From Candidatus Eiseniibacteriota bacterium (GTDB lineage: Bacteria > Eisenbacteria > RBG-16-71-46 > JABDJR01): a stretch of 64,000 nucleotides of DNA. Positions 60,329 through 64,000 of the stretch are shown one piece after another. The stretch is taken from positions 256,001-320,000 of the forward strand of contig CAWANH010000029.1 of NCBI GenBank assembly GCA_963783375.1. The letters run 5' to 3'. Below the pieces are notes generated by a model. That model was not told the origin of the DNA. It saw nothing but the letters and a program-made list of their open reading frames with translations, and ran no database searches. Both the position numbers and the translations under genes were made by a program. Each line of letters begins with the position of its first letter. The first letter of the stretch is position 1.

Positions 60329-60855
60329 ACAAAGCATCTGATTTTCGCCGGGCCGGGGCGGCCGTGCTGCTCGCCGCGCTGGTCTCCGCCTGCGGCGGGG
60401 GCGGCAAGGCGCCTCCGGCCACCGACGTGACCCAGGGGTCGGATTGGGAGGTCCGGGTGTCGACCGGAGGGGACACCACCCTGGTGACCGGACCCGGGGC
60501 CTCGGGCGCGATGGAGGACACCGCGCGGGCGCCCGTCGTTTCCGCGGCGCCCGCCGACACTCTGCCCCCCCTCGAGACCCGGCAGGTCCCGGTTCCCAAT
60601 CCCCGGGATTTCACCCCGGGCTGGAGGGTCCAGGTCGCCGCGGTGACCTCGATGGCCGGCGCCGACGCCAAGCGGCGCGAGGCCATGGTCCATACCACCG
60701 AACCCGTGTACGTGGAGTACGAGCCCCCCTTCTACAAGGTCCGCGTGGGGGACTACCTGACCCGCCAGGAAGCGGATTCGATGGCCACGCGGCTCAAGGC
60801 GGAGGGTTTCCAGATCTATGTCGTGGAGACCCTGGTGCTGAAACCGTCGAACTGA
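60325..60855 (+). CDS. SPOR-domain lipoprotein
   Basis: Lipobox LVSA-C; C-terminal GWRVQV.A....A.....,Y..P.YKVRVGD..TR.EA......LK..GF. Confidence 0.85.
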   Translation: MNKASDFRRAGAAVLLAALVSACGGGGKAPPATDVTQGSDWEVRVSTGGDTTLVTGPGASGAMEDTARAPVVSAAPADTLPPLETRQVPVPNPRDFTPGWRVQVAAVTSMAGADAKRREAMVHTTEPVYVEYEPPFYKVRVGDYLTRQEADSMATRLKAEGFQIYVVETLVLKPSN

Positions 60856-60886
60856 TTCACCCCGGAGCCCGATGGGTCGATAACTG

Positions 60887-61903
60887 ATGGGTATGCGGGA
60901 ACTTCGCAAGGACCCGGTGGTAGGCCGCTGGGTGATCATTTCCTCGGAGCGGGCCGGGCGGCCCGTGGATTACGCTCCTCGCGTCTCGGAGGCCCGGGGC
61001 GAGCGCTGCCCGTTCTGCCCCGGCCACGAGTCGGACACCCCGCCCGAGGTCCTGGCCCTGGGGCGGAACGGATCCGGTCCCGACGGTCCGGGCTGGCGGG
61101 TCCGGGTGATCCCCAACAAGTTCCCCGCCCTGCAGATCGAGGGGGAACTGGACCGGCGGGGCGAGGGAATGTTCGACAAGATGAACGGCATCGGCGCCCA
61201 CGAGGTAGTGATCGAGAGCCCCGACCACGAGGCCCGCTGGTGGGACCTCGGGATCGATCAGATCACCGAGATCCTCGCCGCCTACCGGGTGCGCGTCCTC
61301 GATCTGGCCCGCGACCCGCGCTTCAAGTACATCCTGGTGTTCAAGAACCACGGCGAGGCGGCGGGCGCCACCCTGGAGCACCCCCACACCCAGCTCATCG
61401 CCACCCCCATCATCCCCAAGTGGGTGAAGGAGGAACTCTCGGGGGCGCGCGACCACTACCGGCTGAAGGAACGCTGCATCTACTGCGACATGGTGCGTCA
61501 GGAGATGGAGGAGGGAACGCGCCTGGTCGCGGTCACCGACGAGTTCGTGGTGATCGAGCCCTTCGCCCCGCGATTTCCGTACGAAACCCTGGTGCTCCCG
61601 CGCCGTCACGCGTCCTCGTTCGAGGAGGGACCCGAGGAACTCTTCCGGTCCCTGGCCGCGGTGCTGAAGGACGTCTACGGCCGTCTTCACCGGGTCCTCG
61701 ACGATCCCCCCTTCAACATGGTGATCCACACCGCTCCCGCCGGCGATCCCTTCCTGCTCCACTTCCACTGGCACCTTGAGATCATGCCCAAGCTCACCAG
61801 CGTGGCCGGTTTCGAGTGGGGTTCGGGGTTCTATATCAACGTTGTCTCTCCGGAGGACGCCGCCCGCCGTCTCCGGGAGGCGGCCGCCGCGGCCTCGGCG
61901 TGA
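60887..61903 (+). CDS. galT: GalT-family hexose-1-phosphate nucleotidyltransferase (HIT superfamily)
   Basis: ELRKDP...RWVII..ER..RP, CPFCPG.E, RV.PNKFPAL, G.HEV.IE.P.H, FKNHG..AGA.LEHPHTQ, CIYC, HWH.EI.PKL...AGFEWGSG.YIN...PE. Confidence 0.9.
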   Translation: MGMRELRKDPVVGRWVIISSERAGRPVDYAPRVSEARGERCPFCPGHESDTPPEVLALGRNGSGPDGPGWRVRVIPNKFPALQIEGELDRRGEGMFDKMNGIGAHEVVIESPDHEARWWDLGIDQITEILAAYRVRVLDLARDPRFKYILVFKNHGEAAGATLEHPHTQLIATPIIPKWVKEELSGARDHYRLKERCIYCDMVRQEMEEGTRLVAVTDEFVVIEPFAPRFPYETLVLPRRHASSFEEGPEELFRSLAAVLKDVYGRLHRVLDDPPFNMVIHTAPAGDPFLLHFHWHLEIMPKLTSVAGFEWGSGFYINVVSPEDAARRLREAAAAASA

Positions 61904-63432
61904 CCGCTCGAGTCGCCGAGGCGGCCCCGCGCCGTCCCCCCCGCGCCGGGAAGCCCTTGAGGGTGGTCATGGTCTCCATGGAGATGACCCCCGTGATCAA
62001 GGTGGGGGGGCTGGCCGACATGGTCGGGTCCCTGTCGCGGGTGCTCGCCGCCCGAGGCCACGACGTCACCGTCGTCCTCCCCGCGTACCCGAACCTGCTG
62101 GTCTCCTCCCGGCTCTCGAGCCCGGCCCACTCCGTGCTGGAGATTCCTCATGCGGGGGAGGTTCGGCGGGCGCGATTCCACCGCCTGGCCGCGGACGGGG
62201 TGAGGATCTTCCTCCTCGAGGACCCGATGTTCTCCCGCCGCGACGGGGTGTACGTGGATCCGGAGAGCCGCGAGGAGTATCCGGACTCCGCCGACCGGTT
62301 CGCGGTGTTCGCCCGGGGGGCGCTGGAGGTGTTGCTCCGCGCCGACCTGGTTCCCGACGTGCTCCACGTCCACGACTACCAGACCGCGCTGGTTCCGGTG
62401 TTCCTGCGCCGGGGCGGGGTGGGACCCCGCTTCTTCCGCGGCACCGCCACCGTCCTCACCATCCACAACCTGGGCCATCAGGGAGTCTATCCTCCCGGCC
62501 TGCTGGGCCGGGCCGGCCTCGATCCCGCCGGCTTCCACCCCGGGGGACCCCTGGAGTTCTGGGGGCAGGTGAACTACCTCAAGGCGGGAATCATCGACGC
62601 TGACCGCGTCACCACGGTCAGCCCCCGCTACGCCGAGGAGATTCGCACCCCCGAGTTCGGCTGGGGACTGGAGGGCGTGTTGTCCGGGCGGGGGGAGAAC
62701 GTGACCGGGATCGTGAACGGCATCGACACCGCGACCTGGAATCCGGCCGCCGATCCCCTCATCGAGACCCCCTTCGACGCGGACAGCCTGGAAGGCAAGG
62801 CGGAGAACCGGCGCGCCCTCCTGAACCGGCTCGGGCTCCCGCCCCGCCCGGAACGTCCGGTGGTGGGGATGATCACGCGCCTGGTGGAGCAAAAGGGGAT
62901 CGATCTGGTGGTCGAGGCGGCGGATCGCCTCCTCGAACGGAACCTCTTCCTGGTGGTCCTGGGGAGCGGCCGGCCGCTCTATGAGGACTTTTTCCGGTCC
63001 CTGGCCGCGGACCGCCCCGACCGGGTCTCCTACTCCCACGATTTCGACGATCCCCTGGCTCACGCGATCGAGGCCGGTGCCGATATTTTTCTCATGCCTT
63101 CCCGCTACGAGCCGTGCGGGTTGAACCAGATGATGAGCCTCCGGTACGGCACCGTGCCCGTGGTCCACCGGGTGGGGGGGTTGGCGGACACCGTGCGTTC
63201 GATGGAGGATGATGCGAACCGGGGAAGCGGGTTCGTATTCGACCAGTATTCCCCGGAGGAACTACTGGGGGCTCTCGACCGGGCGCTGGCGGCGTGGCAG
63301 GATCGTCCCGGGTGGGCGGCCCTCCAGCGCCGGGGCATGGCCGAGGACTTCTCCTGGGACCGCTCGGCGGATCTCTACGAGTCGGTGTACCGGGAAGCAA
63401 GGGAGGGCGCCGGGTGGGGACAGCCGATCTAG
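61900..63432 (+). CDS. glgA: Glycogen synthase (GT5)
   Basis: GTG overlapping galT stop; E..P..KVGGLAD, H.HD.QT, TIHNL..QG, TTVSP.YA.EI, GIVNGID, RL.EQKG, MPSRYEPCGLNQM.SLRYGT.P, GGL.DTV, DFSW..SA..Y. Confidence 0.95.
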   Translation: MTARVAEAAPRRPPRAGKPLRVVMVSMEMTPVIKVGGLADMVGSLSRVLAARGHDVTVVLPAYPNLLVSSRLSSPAHSVLEIPHAGEVRRARFHRLAADGVRIFLLEDPMFSRRDGVYVDPESREEYPDSADRFAVFARGALEVLLRADLVPDVLHVHDYQTALVPVFLRRGGVGPRFFRGTATVLTIHNLGHQGVYPPGLLGRAGLDPAGFHPGGPLEFWGQVNYLKAGIIDADRVTTVSPRYAEEIRTPEFGWGLEGVLSGRGENVTGIVNGIDTATWNPAADPLIETPFDADSLEGKAENRRALLNRLGLPPRPERPVVGMITRLVEQKGIDLVVEAADRLLERNLFLVVLGSGRPLYEDFFRSLAADRPDRVSYSHDFDDPLAHAIEAGADIFLMPSRYEPCGLNQMMSLRYGTVPVVHRVGGLADTVRSMEDDANRGSGFVFDQYSPEELLGALDRALAAWQDRPGWAALQRRGMAEDFSWDRSADLYESVYREAREGAGWGQPI

Positions 63433-63435
63433 CCG

Positions 63436-63444
63436 TGCTAAAGT
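63436..63444 (+). promoter_or_regulatory. Possible extended -10 promoter of the polysaccharide export gene
   Basis: TGcTAAAGT immediately after the glgA stop, ~55 nt before ATG 63499. Confidence 0.45.
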
Positions 63445-63498
63445 TGGTGGATTATGCCAGTGCTCGCTCGTCCTAGGCGCGGGCGGAAAGGCCGGAGC

Positions 63499-64000
63499 AT
63501 GAAGCGCCTCTTGTCGATCTACTTGTTTCTCGCCTTGATCCCGGCGTCGGCCCTGGGCCAGGACGGGACCGCGTATCGGCTGGGACCGGACGACGCCGTC
63601 CAGGTCCAGGTTTGGCAGCGACCCGACCTGAGCGGGACCTACGTGGTGGACGGCGAGGGGAACATCTCCCTACCCCTCCTGGGGGTGGTCCCGGTCGACG
63701 GGACGACCTCGGCCGAGCTGGGGAAGGAGCTGAGCCGGCGCTACGCCATCCTCGACCCCGGCATTTCCGAGGTCCTGGTCACCGTGCTCCGGTTCAACAG
63801 CCACTACCTCACCATCGTGGGCGAAGTGGCGAATCCGGGCCGCTATACCTTCAGGGTGATGCCCAATCTCTGGGACGCGCTCCTGGCCGCCGGGGGAGCG
63901 ACCTCCAAGGCCGATCTGGGCGATGTTCAGGTCGTGCGCCGAGAGGGGGAGGGCAAGGAACCGACCAGCATGAAGGTGGATCTATCCGCCGGCGTGGACA
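63499..64000 (+). CDS. Polysaccharide export protein (Wza/Poly_export + SLBB); 3'-truncated by window edge, absent from the ORF track
   Basis: My translation: MKRLLSIYLFLALIPASALGQDGTAYRLGPDDAVQVQVWQRPDLSGTYVVDGEGNISLPLLGVVPVDGTTSAEL...IVGEVANPGRY...LLAAGG. SD GGAG upstream. Confidence 0.9.
   Translation, partial: MKRLLSIYLFLALIPASALGQDGTAYRLGPDDAVQVQVWQRPDLSGTYVVDGEGNISLPLLGVVPVDGTTSAELGKELSRRYAILDPGISEVLVTVLRFNSHYLTIVGEVANPGRYTFRVMPNLWDALLAAGGATSKADLGDVQVVRREGEGKEPTSMKVDLSAGVD

Overview
High-GC (roughly 70% by eye) core-genome region of a diderm bacterium with about 56 tightly packed CDS, all but three on the + strand. The rplM-rpsI-rpsB-tsf-pyrH-frr order, bat operon, BrxA/B and lipoprotein-Omp85/TamB pair suggest an FCB-affiliated candidate lineage such as Eisenbacteria or Krumholzibacteriota (inference only). 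Gene order: propeller-Omp85 plus three envelope genes; recJ-rel-dtd-maf-mtnA; bacilliredoxin; rplM-rpsI-rpsB-tsf-pyrH-frr-uppS-cdsA-dxr-GT4-rseP-Omp85-tamB-pcrA-gatCAB-purDE-tsaC-LMW phosphatase-ilvE-glyA-degT; a second, convergent degT; moxR-DUF58-batA-E-asmA; a glycosyltransferase cluster; manC-SPOR-galT-glgA; and the start of a wza-like gene. dxr and rseP each lack one G in a G-run, probably assembly errors. I found no tRNA, rRNA, CRISPR array, mobile element or DGR, and no clearly new system. The best leads are the uncharacterised propeller-Omp85 cluster, a lipidated TamL-like Omp85 plus TamB at the bamA position, a sharp 45%-GC patch inside a glycosyltransferase gene, several apparently leaderless mRNAs, the bat-asmA linkage and galT coupled to glgA.
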